From: the human T2T-CHM13v2.0 reference genome, Homo sapiens
DNA length: 64,000 nucleotides
Reading direction: 5' to 3' (one strand)
Assembly (NCBI RefSeq): GCF_009914755.1
Contig: NC_060926.1
The position numbers and the translations under genes are program-made. The notes below the pieces were generated by a model. That model was given only the letters and a program-made list of their open reading frames with translations, had not been told where the DNA came from and ran no database searches. The stretch's first letter is position 1. Each line of letters opens with the position of its first letter. Positions 1 to 12,524 of this stretch are shown here, piece after piece.

Positions 1-1379
1 GTAAATCATTAGCACCCTTTTCCGTTCTCCCGGCATGTTACTTCTTTAAATGTGATGAACACTCACAGGAGTCCGCTCTGCAGACAGACAAAGCTACTGC
101 AAGGATCCTCTGTCATTCATTTGGCGATTTGGTCCCGAAGGCCTCAGCTGGCTTTACTAGCAAAGTGTTTCACAAATTCCCATAGCCCTGCAAACAGCCA
201 CTCCCCCAAAGCAAACAACCTGAGACATCAGGTAAACACTGAAGAATGGAAATTTCATTCATTTTCCTGCCTGCATCCTCTCTAGTTGACAGAGAATGTC
301 AGTCAATGCAAGATTTGTTGAGAGTGGTACATTTGAGGATTTATTTGTAGGCTGTGTTAATATACTTTTGAGAAATTCAGTTGTATCTAATTAATGCTTT
401 TTTCCCTTTGATTCATTCCAAACTATTTAAATTGGAAAATTGTGTGCTATTTGAAGATGCACTTCAAAACTCCTTTTGTTGTCATGGTGCCTGTTGTCAC
501 TGCTTTTTGTTGGTTGGTTCTTGTTTCTATAGGGCCCCTCCTCTTTGGGATCGTGTGGGTACAGATGAGACTCACAGTTCCCTAGCCAGATGATCTATAG
601 AAGTTTTTCAAAGACTGCATAGGTAGTGTTACTGAACATAGTTCATATGTGTGTGTGTGTTTCTAACCTTGCAAGCTCCTTGCAAAACTACATAAATACT
701 TGTATTTAAGTTGTGCTATGCATATGAACATACCTTATTATGAGAAAGGTAGATTTTAAAGTATTCCTTCCATGGGTAAATAAGTCTTCCCTGATGATAA
801 ATCATTACAGTTGCTTTCACCTCCCAAACTCCTTTAGCTCTCCTCTCCCATTCAGCCCCTGTAGAAAAGGGCTCCCTTTATTTACTGCCCCACTTGTTGC
901 AAGTTGGGGGTTATTTCTTTAAGTCTAACTTAATATTCCTTGTATTTAGTTCAAACTGAAAAATTCTCATGTGTAACCGCCGGGCAGGGCAGAGGGAAGT
1001 AGTGTCTACTTTAAATCCGTTGCAGCACATGAACTTAAATGACAAAACAAACACAGAAGACTGAAAAGTCAGAGACCCTCTTAAAGAAAAGCTTACAAAA
1101 TTATAGTGTCCACTCTAGGCAGGACTTTCATATCCTTTATCTAACTGTCACATGATGGGGTGACATGTTGATCCCCCCACAGCCTGGATGATAGAAATAT
1201 TTGTGGTTTGATATGCGTCAGCACTTATGACTTTGGCATAAAATACAATCTCCTTTGTTTCTTCCCCAAATTCAAGAAGTGCATCTTTCCATAATATTGA
1301 GAATAGAACCTAACATTTATTGAAAATCTACTAGCATATTTTGTCTTTAAAAAAAAAAAAAAGCACTTCCACATACTCA

Positions 1380-1520
1380 GCAATGGCCCAGTGAGGCAGA
1401 TAATAGCTTCATCCCATCTCACAATGGTGAAATAAAGATCAGAGGGAGCCAGTAACTTACCCAAAATGACTCCCTTAGGAGGTGGCAGAGCCCATACTCA
1501 AAGCCAGTTTGTTTAACCAA
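1380..1520 (-). mobile_element. MIR SINE fragment
   Basis: Degenerate antisense MIR core (atcccatctcacaatggtgaaataaagatcagagggagccagtaacttacccaaaatgac...gtggcagagccc). Confidence 0.6.
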
Positions 1521-1610
1521 ACTGCTTAAAATGTCAACTTAGTTTGCAAAACAGCCCTATGTGGTTGGTGGTATTATCTGCAATTCATCACCAACACCCC
1601 AGGCCCAGGG

Positions 1611-1643
1611 CAAAGCTAAAAGCAAAGCTAAAAACAAAGCTAA
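1611..1643. repeat. 12-bp tandem repeat, ~2.7 copies
   Basis: caaagctaaaag / caaagctaaaaa / caaagctaa read directly. Confidence 0.7.
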
Positions 1644-3393
1644 CAGCCAGAGTGACCAGAACTGGGTCTCACCTCTGCTACACCTGTGCCAGGGAGAGGA
1701 GATGAACACTCTAAAGTGCTTTCATGCACTTGGGGGCCTTCCTGTCCAAGTGCAGTATAAATGTTCTTTGTGCCACATCTTAAAGGAATCCTCTTACAGA
1801 AAGGGCTTCCCATCTGAGTGGCAAGACCCAAGGCTAGGCTGATGCCTCTTCCTTTGCTATGTGAGACCTGAAGGCAAAGTCTGCCTGGACTGACAGAGAT
1901 GGATGTGGCCTCCATCTGTCTGTGTGTCATGACAGAAAGGAGGTGGGAAAACTTGGAAAATGGGAACCCTCACTTTCCTGAAATTCCCAGCAATCAGTTC
2001 CAAGAATTGTAACCTTGAAGCACAGGAAAGCAAGACCCTCAGCCGGGAACATGAAAGCTTTTGTCGGGAATTCTTTGAGGTCCTGATGAGGTGACACAGT
2101 GACCAGATGTTCCAGATTCAACATCAAGGCCGGTGGGGGTGGCACTGCACCGGTCACGTCAGGAAGAGCAGTGTAGTCAGAGAGCGTGGCAACCACCATT
2201 CGCCTGGTAGACAGCTCATTCCATCTGCCTTGCATATTTTCCTACTTCCGCTGAGCTCAGAATGGAGAAGATCGAATACAGTCTGCTCTTATCACCCTGA
2301 AGACTTTTAAAAAGGCTCTGCATACTCACACAAAAATCGGGAACTTGATCACTGTGGCCTGACAATGTGTTTTGAAAAGGCGGGGGTTGGGGGCGGTCAG
2401 TCTTTCCCTGAAAGTTCCCATCCATTGTTGAGTAAACATCATAAATCTATCGCAGAGAGACAGGCTGCCTGTACTCAAATTACCGCCTGCTACAATTTTA
2501 GCTTCAAGTTTTAATGCCCTAAACATGAATAACGTCGTATCCCAGCACAGGTCTGATTAATGAGGCAACTTTGTCAACTTCAGGGTCGGAGAGTGGCTCC
2601 CCACCTCCTTCCTTTTTTTCCCCCTGTGGCTTAGTAACCATTTCAGCAAATTTCCTCATTAAATATACAAGGCGACTGAGTGCAATAAAAACTAAAGGAT
2701 GTGGCAGATAAACACCAGCGTCTCTCTGAGCAGACCTCGCTGCCCAACAGAGCAGGCCAGCTCAGGTTTGCTGGGAGGAATCCAGAATGTTCCATCATGA
2801 ATTCCAGCATAAAAATCATGCACGCATTGCCCTTTGCCATGGGTCATTTTCAGTCTGTGGGTTACACTTACAGGACCGTCTGCTTTCCGAGCTGTCACGT
2901 GGTTTATACATGGAATGCCACTCATGCCCTACTTGCACGTAAGGTGACCAATGGCTGGCTGAAGGTCACACTCAGGAGATGACCCAAATTAGCACGTAAT
3001 GTCCAACCTTGAAAGGAAAGAGGGAAGTTTTATCTTGCCCAGATATTGTCTGTTCCCCAAATAAGATTGTGTGTCGCTTGAGTAATTCCCGAATAGGAGC
3101 CCGTTTGTTGAGCACTTAATGCACCCTGGGCACTGAAGAAGAAATGCGGAGGAGTCCCCAGGACTTGCTGAGTCTCCTAGAGACAGCAGAGGTGCTCTGC
3201 TCACAGGAGCTCATTTTCTGCCCACAACAACCCTGTGCCATCAGCTACATTATCTCCAGGTTTCTCATACAACCAAAGCTGAGGCTTATAGGGTGGCACA
3301 ACTTCCCCTGCTCTGGCTCCGAATTCAATATTCCTAAGCCATAAAGCATTTCTCTTTCCTCCCCATCCTGTTCCCATTCCCAGTCTCTCCATG

Positions 3394-3394
<1 letters not shown>

Positions 3395-3428
<34 letters not shown>
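3395..3428. repeat. (AC)n microsatellite, ~17 units
   Basis: Perfect AC run. Confidence 0.95.
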
Positions 3429-3432
<4 letters not shown>

Positions 3433-3592
3433 GTCTACACTTGAGCTGTAGTCTGGGCCCGTTACATCAACAACACAACCACGGCAGAACGTGGATTGGT
3501 CCAAATTGCAGAGATTTTAAATCTAAATTTCCCATGCTATTGAGACTTTACAGAACCAGTCCTTCAGGTGAGTTTTGATTTTCTGTTTAAGC

Positions 3593-3812
3593 CAGGGTTC
3601 AGCAAACATTTTTTCTAAAGGCCAGAGAGTAAACGTTTTAGGCTTTGCTGGGCTGCATGGTCTCTATCACAACGGCTCAACTCTGCCATTGTAGCATGAA
3701 GCAGCCACCGGTAATACATAGAGGAATGGCAGAAGGTGTGTTTTAATACAACTTTATTTTTAAAAACAGGCAGAGGGCCAGATTTGGCCTACGGGCCATA
3801 GTTTGAGACCCC
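3593..3812 (+). mobile_element. MER58A-like hAT-Charlie DNA transposon
   Basis: cagggttcagcaaac...aaaggccagagagtaaacgttttaggctttg...gggccagatttggcctacgggccatagtttg matches the MER58A consensus layout. Confidence 0.85.
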
Positions 3813-5448
3813 ATAGTTTGAGATCTAAGTCATCACTAAAAGTGTTATCAGTAATTGAGGGTTTTAGACATTGCATCTGTCTAACCTATCAGAAGTAAGA
3901 TTGGGGGCCAGGGCCATTGCAGTGAGGCTGTGGAAGTTCACAGCTGCTTAAGAAGCACTGTGACCAACATCGCTCCTTACCCCAGATGGGCCAGGCCAGC
4001 AGTCACAACATGTGCTCCATGGGGAGACAGCAATAGGCATTTCTCTAGAAAAGAATTCTCTGGACTAGTAAGTTTAGAAAACCTTGGGCTATTATTATTG
4101 TTATTATTATATTATTCCATGACTGCAGGACTTCTCAGGGCTTTCATAATGCTGATGAACATGAATCTTCCTAGATATTCTGGATCTCTAGGAAGGGAAG
4201 GTTTGTGTGCAGAGCATGTCTGCACGATATTCTTTGGGAAGACTGCGCTGGCTCCCGTCCTAGAGATTCTCATGCTGTCTTTTCTTTCTACCTGTTTTCC
4301 CAACTGTTCCCACTTGAGAGTACTGGCCTGAGTTGCTGCCAACCTTACAATATCCAGCTCCGTCCTCAGAGCCACACTGCAGTCCCACTGGGGACTTTGG
4401 TGGCCCTGCCTCCCTGCAACCCCAGGTACTCAGTTTGGAGGGTGTGGAGAGGGCAGGGTTGAAATGCAGGCTGCTGTGTCTCTTTCCTTCAATTTTATCA
4501 CCAGCTACTGACCATGCTTGCTTAAAGGTCTGGTATTTATGGTCTCCTAGAATCTCCCAGAACCTCACAAATACCCCCGGGCTCCTGGTTTGAGGGACTA
4601 GATGGGAAGCCCCCCTCCCTGGGAGAACACAGGCCTAGAGCTTCCTGGAACTTAGGCAGCTTGGTCAGAGAGTGTGAGGACTCTGACAGGAGCACGGGTG
4701 TGGGACATTCATGCCTGGAAGGCCCTCGCCACCTGAGACCTCGGTGTGGAGGCGGGACTTGGAGGAAAGGAGTCCCTGCTATAGTGGAAAAACCAGCCAG
4801 GGTAGGTAGTTTTGTATAAGACTCTTAACTCTGTGGAGACTTCTGTTCATTATCTGCAAAATAGAAATGTGTATCCCAGCAGCCTAGGCTTAGTTTGTGG
4901 AGGACTAGCTGAGGGGTGTGTGAGAAAGTTTTGCAAACATGGCTGGGCACAGAAGGCTGAGCTATTGTCTGGAGGAAAACTCTCAGGGCAATTCAGACCT
5001 TTCTGGGCCCTTCTGAGGCAAGAGGCATTGAGGCAAAGTTTGAGATTTGACTTCAGGGACACTGTTCTCTAAGCATATGCTTCAGTCACGAGCGCTGAAC
5101 CCACTCTCAAAAGCTAAGTAGTAGCAATGAAATGCTTAAAAAGTTCGACCCAGACTGCAAAGACCCACAGAAAATAGAGCACAGTGGCTGGCTTGGGGAG
5201 GGACCCTCGGTCCAGACAGCAGCCAAGGAGTTCTTGAGCCTTATTTATCACGTTGTAGTATTTTACAAGGAGGGCTATGCATTATTTCTCTAATTGAACG
5301 TTACTTTTAAAAACAGACAAAGAGAATCAGGAAAAATGATGTGAGGACTTTAGGCCCAGATCTGTTTCCGTTTCAACAAGATGTGTCAGGATGATGAAAA
5401 TGTCGTTTGGTTGAGCCGTGGTCATCACCCCGCATTGTTGTTCTTTCA

Positions 5449-5450
<2 letters not shown>

Positions 5451-5486
<36 letters not shown>
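5451..5486. repeat. (TG)n microsatellite
   Basis: TG run read directly. Confidence 0.9.
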
Positions 5487-5487
<1 letters not shown>

Positions 5488-6224
5488 TTCCCTCTGAGTT
5501 TCCCAGTAGTCATTACTAAAAAAAAACTCCTAAACTGACTCAAAACAACAATGACAAAAACAAAAGCAAACAAAAAGACCCAATCACCACAGGCGCCATT
5601 CAGGCCCTCTTGTCTGACGGTGTTCACAGACTGTGCTTGTGTTTTTGGATGTACCCGCTTCCTTTTCTCTCTTACTCACCAGATATCACTGGGAATCCCT
5701 CCTTCTTGCTCCAGGACCCTAAAGGAGACACTGGGGTAAGACTCATGTGGGTCTTGGGGCAGCCCATTTCCAGGAGAGCATGACCCCCACCCCCCAAGCC
5801 CCAGGAGGACGGACCCTTCCCAGCTGAGGCCTCCTCTGCATCCGGACCAGGGCCCTGGGCCTGAAGCCAGGTTTTAGTGAAGGCCTTTTGTGGGTGCCTC
5901 TCTTGCCCAGGAAACACAAGGTCTTTAAGCTAAGCCTGTTTGTGGGGAGAGCAACCCATTTCTTAGAGGGACTCAATCCATAGGGAGGACACTAGTCCAT
6001 CAGGGGGCCCTTGTATTTTCATCCTGGAAAGCACAGTCCCCTGTTTCCTTCTGGGACATGAGAAGTTGCTTCTAATGGTTCATCCCCACAACCTCACTTC
6101 CCCATCCTTGATTTGCAAATGGGTCCATAGAGAGGTCCCAGGCAGCTACTTGACCCAGGCAGCGAAGGTGAGCGTGGGTCTCCTCACTGCCATGAGCCAG
6201 GCAGAAGAGCAAGCAAAACAGCTA

Positions 6225-6410
6225 AGAACCAGACAGGCCAGAGTTCAGGTTGCAGCTCTGAACCTGACTAAGCTGTGTGACCCAAGGCAACTCACCCAAC
6301 CTCTCTGAGCCTCAGTTTCCCCACTTAAAGTGGAAACAAGACCAGCCCCTGCCTCATGGAATTGTCATGAGGAAGAGTGAAGTGGTGCTCATGCAGAGCT
6401 GGTGCCCAGG
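6225..6410 (+). mobile_element. MIR SINE
   Basis: gctgtgtgacccaaggcaactcacccaacctctctgagcctcagtttccccac is the MIR core. Confidence 0.8.
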
Positions 6411-6759
6411 GAAGGGGCTCCGGTGCCAGGCCTGACAGCTCGTCAGGGAAGCCTGCTGCCGGCCATCCCAGGGAGACAGTGCCAGATCAGAGGGAAGCTC
6501 AGCAAGCCACTTAAAAGGGACCTTGACTCATTTTGTGGTAACCGAATGTGCAGTTCAGGAAGTGCTTCGCAAAAGCGAACTGGGCTCCAGCCGCCCCCTC
6601 GTCCCCCTGCCCTCTGCTCAGGATTCACTGTGCGAGGACCCACCTGACACCACCTGATGCATGCCAGCAGCGTGGATGGCAGGCCCCACGTGTTCTCAAG
6701 CCCACCAAAGGCTGGTGGGTGTCGGCTCTCGGAAAGACAGCCTGACCTCCTGGACTGAA

Positions 6760-7035
6760 ATTCCACTCCTCTCTTTAGTCGAGGTGCTCAATCTCCCTGA
6801 GCCTCTGTTTCCTCCTCTGTAACTGGCACTACCGCATACTAGGGCCGGTGCAAAGCCCTTGGCAACTAGGTATCATTTAATCCCCACAAGCAGCTCTAAA
6901 GGCAAGTACGAAACCTTGCCATTTAAGGATGGGGAAGCTGAGGGCACCTTGAGTTATGCCAGGGCACATGCAGGGTGAATCTTGGAGCTGGAATTTGAAC
7001 CTGGGGAATGGCACTCCTGGGCCTTCCCTCCTAAC
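6760..7035. mobile_element. Two adjacent MIR fragments in opposite orientation (+ ~6760-6830, - ~6835-7035)
   Basis: ctccctgagcctctgtttcctcctctgtaa (+), then catttaatccccacaa...ggatggggaagctgaggg...ggaatttgaacc (-). Confidence 0.6.
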
Positions 7036-7151
7036 TCATAGTATCTACAACCTGGATTGTAGACCTAGCTAGTAGGTCTTGGGGGTCCTTCCCTCCTAAC
7101 CCCTGGTATCTAGAACCTGTATCGTAAACCTAGCTAGTAGGTCTTGGTGGT
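7022..7151. repeat. Diverged 65-bp tandem duplication
   Basis: ccttccctcctaac...gtatcta.aacctg.at.gta.acctagctagtaggtcttgg starts at 7022 and again at 7087. Confidence 0.85.
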
Positions 7152-8934
7152 TCCTCACATGGATAGAAGAGATGCCAATTTCCATTAACCATGCACACTG
7201 CTGCTTGGTGGGCAGGTGAGGAAGTGGTCTGAGTGTGGAGGAAGCCCAGGACAGGACCCTCTTTGCCTCCCCGTGGGATGTCCTGGCTGCCCTGGGAGGA
7301 TATGTGTGGTGTTCTCTACACCCACCTGAACCTCTAGCTCCCCAGAGCCTCTGACTGCATGTTCTGAGGGCAGTGGCATCGGGAACGCATGGGCGCAGTG
7401 TGCAGAGACTGGCCGAGGAGAGCTGTAGGGGTTACCTATTAAGGAGGCAGGTCCCAGCAGGTACTAGGGACTGAAGAGGGTGGAGGGAGACCCGAGGGGG
7501 GAAGAGGCTGCCCTCGTCATTAGCCCAGATCCATCCCACCCACTTCTTCCCATCTCCCTGTACTTGCCCCATAGGGATTCCCAAAGAGAGGGAAGTAGAG
7601 GGGGAGAGGAGTACATGGACACAGGAGAGCGAGTGAGCACCCCACCCCACAACAGTGTCCTGAGGAAGGCCCCTCTTTTGTCCCCTGCTTCACAAGCCTT
7701 GGGAACGGGGAACTCTGCAGGCTGAGCGGCATCCCTGCTGGGAAATGAGGGCCTGTCTTAGTTCCTCATTTAAGGCACCCACCCTCATTCCCAAGGCAGT
7801 TAAAAGCCCCAAGTTGCCCAACTCGGTCAGAGGAAGCCTGTCCCATCAGTCTCACACACCCAGAACTTGATTCTCTGGCCTCCGAGACTGGGCAGGGACC
7901 AGCTCTGTGTCCCCGAGCCCACATGTAGAGGAGGGAGCCGCGAAGCTGATAGCCCAGGAACATCTATTCCCCACTTGTCATTGTCAAACTCTGATGTCTT
8001 CTGGGACTAAATTTGAAGGACAGTTTTTACTGTTGTAACCAAAAAAGCAAAAGGAAGCAAACAATTAACAGGCCCCCTTCTTTTCAGGACTTTTTTCTTT
8101 GTCAGTAGAAAGCCATCTCAGTAAACAAGAGCTGTTACGAAATGTACCTCACCCCACACTATGCCTGTAAAGCATCTCCCTTCCCCCCGCTGCACAACCC
8201 ATTGTACAAGAAATATTGTGATAGATACCTTTGGGTTGAGGCTGGAACAAAATGAGCCATCAGGAAGCATTCCATTTTCAGCTGGACTTGTTTCTGCATC
8301 TTTTGGAGGATTTCTGCAAACCCACAGCCCAGTATGGCATTTCCCATACTCTGTGATAAGAACCTCCAGGATAACGTTGGTGGCTCAGGGATCATCTGAG
8401 CCTTGAGCAGCTTCCATTCTGATCTGGATGTCTCTGATGTGTGCTTGTTCAAGCAATCGATGAGCCAGTCATGGGCCCCAGACTCATGGGAACTGGGGGA
8501 GTGCCCAAGTCAACCCTGCTTGCTTTTACAGCTTTCCTATAAAAGCTTCTCCACTCTTTGCCTGGGCAAGCCCATGCCCAGATCTCCAGCACACACTCCA
8601 GCTGCCAGAGGGGGTGGGGGGGCTCCCTCCTGCTTCTGGAACCTATTCAGCCAGCCTGAGATTCAGAAGGGCCTACCTGCTGGAGCTGAGGGTGGGTGAA
8701 CCCACCCACTTGGGGCTAGCGAAAGATTGCATCTTGTCCCAAGGCTCTGCTGGACCTCGGAGGATTCCCACCATTGTCTTTTTGGGATTTGAGGGAGGTG
8801 TTTCAGACTGGGAGACTGGGAGAATGTTTCCCAGCAAAAGGCAGAGGTTGGGGTTCCTGGGATGTGGCTCCCCACAGACCAGGAGGCTGACACAGTTCCT
8901 CTCTCTGTCTTCCTGCTTTTCTCATGCAAACAGC

Positions 8935-9390
8935 ACCCCTTTCCCATGGCTGCTCTAACATCCTTGGTAGCTTAACACAAAACACAAATGTATTCTCTCA
9001 CAGTTCCCAAAGGCCAGAAGCCTGAAATCTGTTTCAATGGGCTAAAGTCAAGGTTTCGGCAGGGCTTTGGGGAGATCAGCTTCCTTGTCTGTTCCGGCTT
9101 TTAGACATGGCCAACGTTCCTTGGCTTGTGGACCCCTCCTCCACTTAAAGTCCATCACTCCAGTGTCTGCCCCATCGTCACATGGCTATCCCTTCTTTAA
9201 CCTTCTTGCCTCCTTCATATAAGGACCCCAGTGGTTACATTAAGGGCCCACTCAGATAATCCAGGACTACCTCTCTATCTCAAGATCTTCAACTTAATCA
9301 CATCTGCAAAGTCCCTTTTGCCGTGTAAGGTAACATTCTCAGGTTCCAGGGATTTGTGGATGTCTTTGGGAGCCATTATTCAGACTCAGA
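8935..9390 (-). mobile_element. MLT1D-like MaLR solo LTR
   Basis: Reverse complement of the MLT1D layout: aatcacatctgcaaagtcccttttgccgtgtaaggtaacattctcaggttccaggg...tctttgggagccattatt. Confidence 0.85.
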
Positions 9391-10294
9391 TAGTTATAGT
9401 TAAGACCTATGAGACAGTCTTCTACATCCCTGAGTGATACTTGAAGCAGCCTAGCAACAAAAAAAGCCACAAAACTTTGTCAGGAGAGCTGTTTTTGGGG
9501 CCACCCCACATTGACCCTTACCTCTGCAGCCCCTGGTTTCCTCTGGCCCCTGCACTTGTGTGATACCTTGAGAAGGGGTGGATCCACATGCCAGCCTACG
9601 CAGGAGCAAGAGGACCAGTGCTGCCTCTCCTTTCTTGGTACATGCCAGCACGGTCTGTGGCTGGGATGCTGCTCTCTGAGACTTGGGAGCTTACTTGTTC
9701 ACCTCAGCAATGAACTCTGACCACATTTTGCCATTCCTATTCTCAGGCCCCTAGCAATCTCATTCCCAAACTCGATGACCCAGTCTTTTGCATGGCTCAG
9801 AGAACTGCCAGAACTGTTAGCACCTAGGCCCTCTGCTGGAGTTCACAGATGCAAATTCTGTTGCTTGCACTCCAAATCTGTGATGCAGGATTGTCTGCTA
9901 TGTGGAATTAATTCAGGACTTGAGGAATCCTTGTAGTGCCACCTTACAAATGGGTTGGTGCCTTGGAAACCCAGTCCTGGCATCAAGGCCTTGGCATCTG
10001 TCAAGCAGAAGTGTGCCTGGGGTGTATTGGGGGAGGGGCAGTGTTGGAGCCGATTTCACCGATTTCTGTCCCTGGCTCTCTATTGTGCAACAACAGGCTC
10101 TTCTATTCCTTAAGACGGCAGCATTATTGCCAGGTCCTTCTATTTGCTCATAAAACTCCCATTTACACAGCAGTTTGCAGGACACATCAAATACAAAAAT
10201 GGATGTGAGGTTTAGTACAGGGAGACCACAGCCATAATGAATCCTGGCAGGGTTTTTATTTTGGTTGCATCTCAGAAGCACTTTGCCAAGCAAT

Positions 10295-10338
10295 GTATAT
10301 GTGTTGAATGAATGAATGAATAAATGAATGAATGAATG
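10295..10338 (+). repeat. (GAAT)n run, probably an L2 3' tail remnant
   Basis: tgttgaatgaatgaatgaataaatgaatgaatgaatg. Confidence 0.6.
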
Positions 10339-10964
10339 CCGGTGGACTGACATGGCCGTATAGAACTGTAGTCACCCTTCAGAGAGAAGCCTCTGCAATG
10401 CACTTGAAAAGCAATGACCATCTACATGTTCTTCCTTTTCTTGTTACTATGTTTTACCCCACCAGGATGCCCACTGACCAGAAACTAAACAAAAAAACTC
10501 ATGTTCCTGAATTCATCTTTTACTTGAGGGTAAAAGCTTGGGGTAGTGAAGTGAATGTTGGTGCCATATCATGTTCAAGCATTTTGGAATTATATAGCTC
10601 TAATTTAGACAACAGCAACAACAAAGAAAAGAGACTCCATCATCAGAATTGATAGGTTAGTAAATTTACAGATCACTCAAAGATGTTAAAACAAAAAAAC
10701 AAAAAACTTTCTAAACTCTCGGTGTTCTTGGGAAGTAGCCTGCTGTCGTTGGGCTAGAGATACCAAGAAGAGCCAAGGCAGCAGATTGTGGTTGAAATTT
10801 AACACGGTGTGGGGGTGGTAGGCTGGCGGCACAGGGGCTGCTGTCAGAGATAACACACAGCCCGGAGAACCAGGGTGTAGATCAGTGCATCAGAGCCCTT
10901 TCCAACGGTCAGGAGAGGAGGCAGCTGCCCTGGGGGCAGGGAGGACCTCTGACCCACAAGTCCT

Positions 10965-11085
10965 GACCTACTGGCAGGAGAACCATTCCTGGTTTGCTTG
11001 CTGGGTCTGAGACATTTCTGGAGATGTGGGACTTTCAGTGTTAACACCCAAATAGCCCTGGGGAAACTAGGATGGTTGCTCACCC
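10965..11085. mobile_element. MER94-like hAT-Blackjack element
   Basis: ccattcctggtttgc...gggactttcagtgttaacaccca...gggaaactaggatggttgctcaccc resembles the MER94 internal sequence and TIR. Confidence 0.6.
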
Positions 11086-11553
11086 AAGCTCCAACTTGTC
11101 TATAGAATTATCTGGCTTTGAAAGAATGTCACGTGCTTTTATCTTGAATCTAAGGTCACTGGCATGCCCCTCTCATCCACTGGTTATTCTTGATGGTAAG
11201 GGGGCGGGGTGGGTAGGGTGAGGGGAGGGTGAAGGGGAGGTTCCTCCTGCCATTCCTTCCTGGAGAAGAGACCAGGGCCTTTCCAGGATTTTGGACTCTG
11301 ACATGGAAGGAAAACACTTAAAGACCTTCAGGATTTCGTGAGAATAACAAGATTTTATTTTAACCATAAATTGTAATATTTGAGAAAATGCAGACATATT
11401 GTTTCTCAGAGCCCATACTAAGTCAGTGTGGAAAACAGCCTTTCTCTGGAGGCAAAATTGCACTGATTAACTTGAATTACAAAGGGAGCATTGCTTACCT
11501 TAAGCTAAGGCAGCTCAATGAGACCTGCTGTAGCATTTTTATTACATGTGCAA

Positions 11554-11600
11554 TTGTGCACATGTACCCTAGAACTTAAAAGTATTATAATAATAATAAT
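11554..11600 (+). mobile_element. Extremely 5'-truncated L1PA 3' stub
   Basis: ttgtgcacatgtaccctagaacttaaaagtattataataataataat is the terminal L1PA 3'UTR plus an A-rich tail. Confidence 0.8.
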
Positions 11601-11811
11601 AGGAACCTGAAAATCTAGACGTGGAGTGCTTGCGGTCTCTGGACACTCAGGTCTCTCCTCTTACCTCCTTTCACCTCCTCTCAGAGCCCATCGCTGACAT
11701 TTAGTTCCTCTAGAAACACAAGCGTAGCTCAGCTGCATGTCAGAAGTGCAAAAATATTTAACTTTAATTTTTTTATGTATATGTCTAAACTTGTCTTACA
11801 CTTAAGGTCCC

Positions 11812-12170
11812 TGTATTAGTCTGTTTTCACACTGCTAATAAAGACATACCTGAGAATGGGTAATTTATAAAGGATAGGGGTTTATTGGACTCACAGTTCC
11901 ACATGGCTGGGGAGGCCTCACAATCATGGCAGAAGACGAAGGAAGAGCAAAGGGACTTCTTACATGGCAGCAGGCAAGAGGCATGTACAGGGGAACTCCC
12001 CTTCATAAAACCATCAGATCTCATGAGACTTATTCACTACTACAAGAATGCCATGGTGAAAACCTGCCCCCAAGATTCAGTTACCTCCCACTGGGTCCCT
12101 CCTATGACACATGGGGATTATCACAATTCAAGGTGAGATTTGGGTGGGGACACAGAACCAAACCATATCA
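11812..12170 (-). mobile_element. THE1 (THE1B-like) MaLR solo LTR
   Basis: Runs tgtattagtc...ccaaaccatatca; 5-bp TSD gtccc/gcccc. Confidence 0.92.
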
Positions 12171-12524
12171 GCCCCTTTCTATTGGTGGCAACAAAATATT
12201 TCATTTTACTAACTAAAGATTAGTAATCTCTACTGTATTAAAACTTACGTTCATTAAGGTTCTAAGTTTCTGATGCCACTCAAGGATTCCCCACTCCCCT
12301 CCTTTCCCAAAATGCAGCCCAGGTGCCAGGAGAAGTGGGTGTGTGTGCCCTGTGGCATCTGGGGAGAAGGGGCTGGCCTCCCAAGGAAGAAGAGCTTCTC
12401 CCTCCTGGTCTTTAGGTGCCACCCTCATGGGGTCCCTGCCTAGGTGTCTATGGCTGGGGTTGCTCATGACCTGTTCTCACCACAGGCACAGCATTAAGGT
12501 CCGAGGGGACTTGTATGTGTCCCC

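Noticed and set aside
3565-3573. Perfect donor CAG|GTGAGT
   Set aside because: No convincing upstream acceptor at exon distance; isolated consensus donors are common.
7022-7151. CRISPR-like palindromic repeat
   Set aside because: Only two adjacent units, no spacers or cas genes, and a primate context.
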